Below are positions 63,843 to 64,000 of a DNA stretch of 64,000 nucleotides, one piece after another. Below the pieces are notes generated by a model that did no database searches, was not told the DNA's origin, and worked only from the letters and a program-made list of their open reading frames with translations. Within the stretch, counting starts at the first letter, position 1; each line of letters starts with the position of its first letter. The position numbers were made by a program, and so were the translations under genes. This stretch comes from Flavobacteriales bacterium (lineage in GTDB: Bacteria; Bacteroidota; Bacteroidia; Flavobacteriales_D; Sanyastnellaceae), in contig JBMZWX010000005.1 in NCBI GenBank assembly GCA_049627085.1, positions 9,395 to 73,394 on the forward strand, written 5' to 3'.

Positions 63843-63850
63843 CAAATGTA
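63843..63850 (-). promoter_or_regulatory. -7 promoter box TACATTTG, 4 nt from ATG 63838 (leaderless candidate)
   Basis: An exact TAnnTTTG on the minus strand: TACATTTG-gagt-ATG. Confidence 0.55.
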
Positions 63851-63863
63851 CCGCAGGAGGGCC

Positions 63864-64000
63864 TCAGCGCGCGAGCATCAGGGTGCCTCTCTCGATGTGC
63901 GGATAGTCGATTTGGTCGAGGTAGGTCACTTCCCACAGGTAGATGCCGTCAGGGGCAAAATGGGTCCCGCCTTGGGCTTGACCCAACCAGGGTTCCTCCG
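63864..64000 (-). CDS. C-terminal fragment of a protein ending in a T9SS type-B-like sorting domain (gene continues beyond window)
   Basis: My own translation reads ...EEPWLGQAQGGTHFAPDGIYLWEVTYLDQIDYPHIERGTLMLAR* with TGA at 63864-63866. The pattern resembles gliding-motility C-terminal domains. Confidence 0.5.
   Translation of the reverse strand, partial: EEPWLGQAQGGTHFAPDGIYLWEVTYLDQIDYPHIERGTLMLAR

Overview
Dense, GC-rich chromosomal core region, roughly 60% GC by eye (not computed). It most likely comes from a Bacteroidota genome: it has T9SS type-A and type-B C-terminal sorting domains, TAnnTTTG-type promoter boxes, RNase Y/ZapA, a fused E1 alpha/beta dehydrogenase, BshC and a CarboxypepD_reg-type TonB-dependent receptor. 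I call about 59 protein genes. They include rpmI-rplT, recA, bcp, priA, serC-serA, rny-zapA, mltG, rfbC, a photolyase, dapD, dnaN, ruvX, mutS2, miaA and bshC. There is also an ECF sigma cluster, and at least five predicted T9SS cargo proteins. Many neighbouring genes are joined by 1-4 nt overlaps, and four convergent pairs overlap at their 3' ends. I found no rRNA, tRNA, CRISPR array, transposase, integrase, prophage or recognisable defence genes. The many long 'extra' ORFs in the six-frame track are antisense or upstream read-through artefacts typical of high-GC DNA. I did not find a convincing self-contained novel multi-gene system. The strongest unexplained signal is regulatory. A -7 promoter box (TAnnTTTG, plus a GC-shifted variant TACCTTCG) lies only 4-5 nt from the start codon of about a dozen genes, often back-to-back in very short divergent intergenic regions, which predicts widespread leaderless mRNAs. 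Secondary leads are: a cupredoxin-3xFAS1-T9SS fusion built from three 417-bp tandem repeats; a tightly coupled serC-serA-DUF1015-yggS-membrane protein operon; a PF07929-like-miaA-mutS2 operon; an ECF sigma cluster coupled to a type-B T9SS cargo and bshC; and an Ala/Glu-rich envelope protein paired with a TonB-C-like protein. All family calls rest on remembered motifs and families, because no searches could be run.
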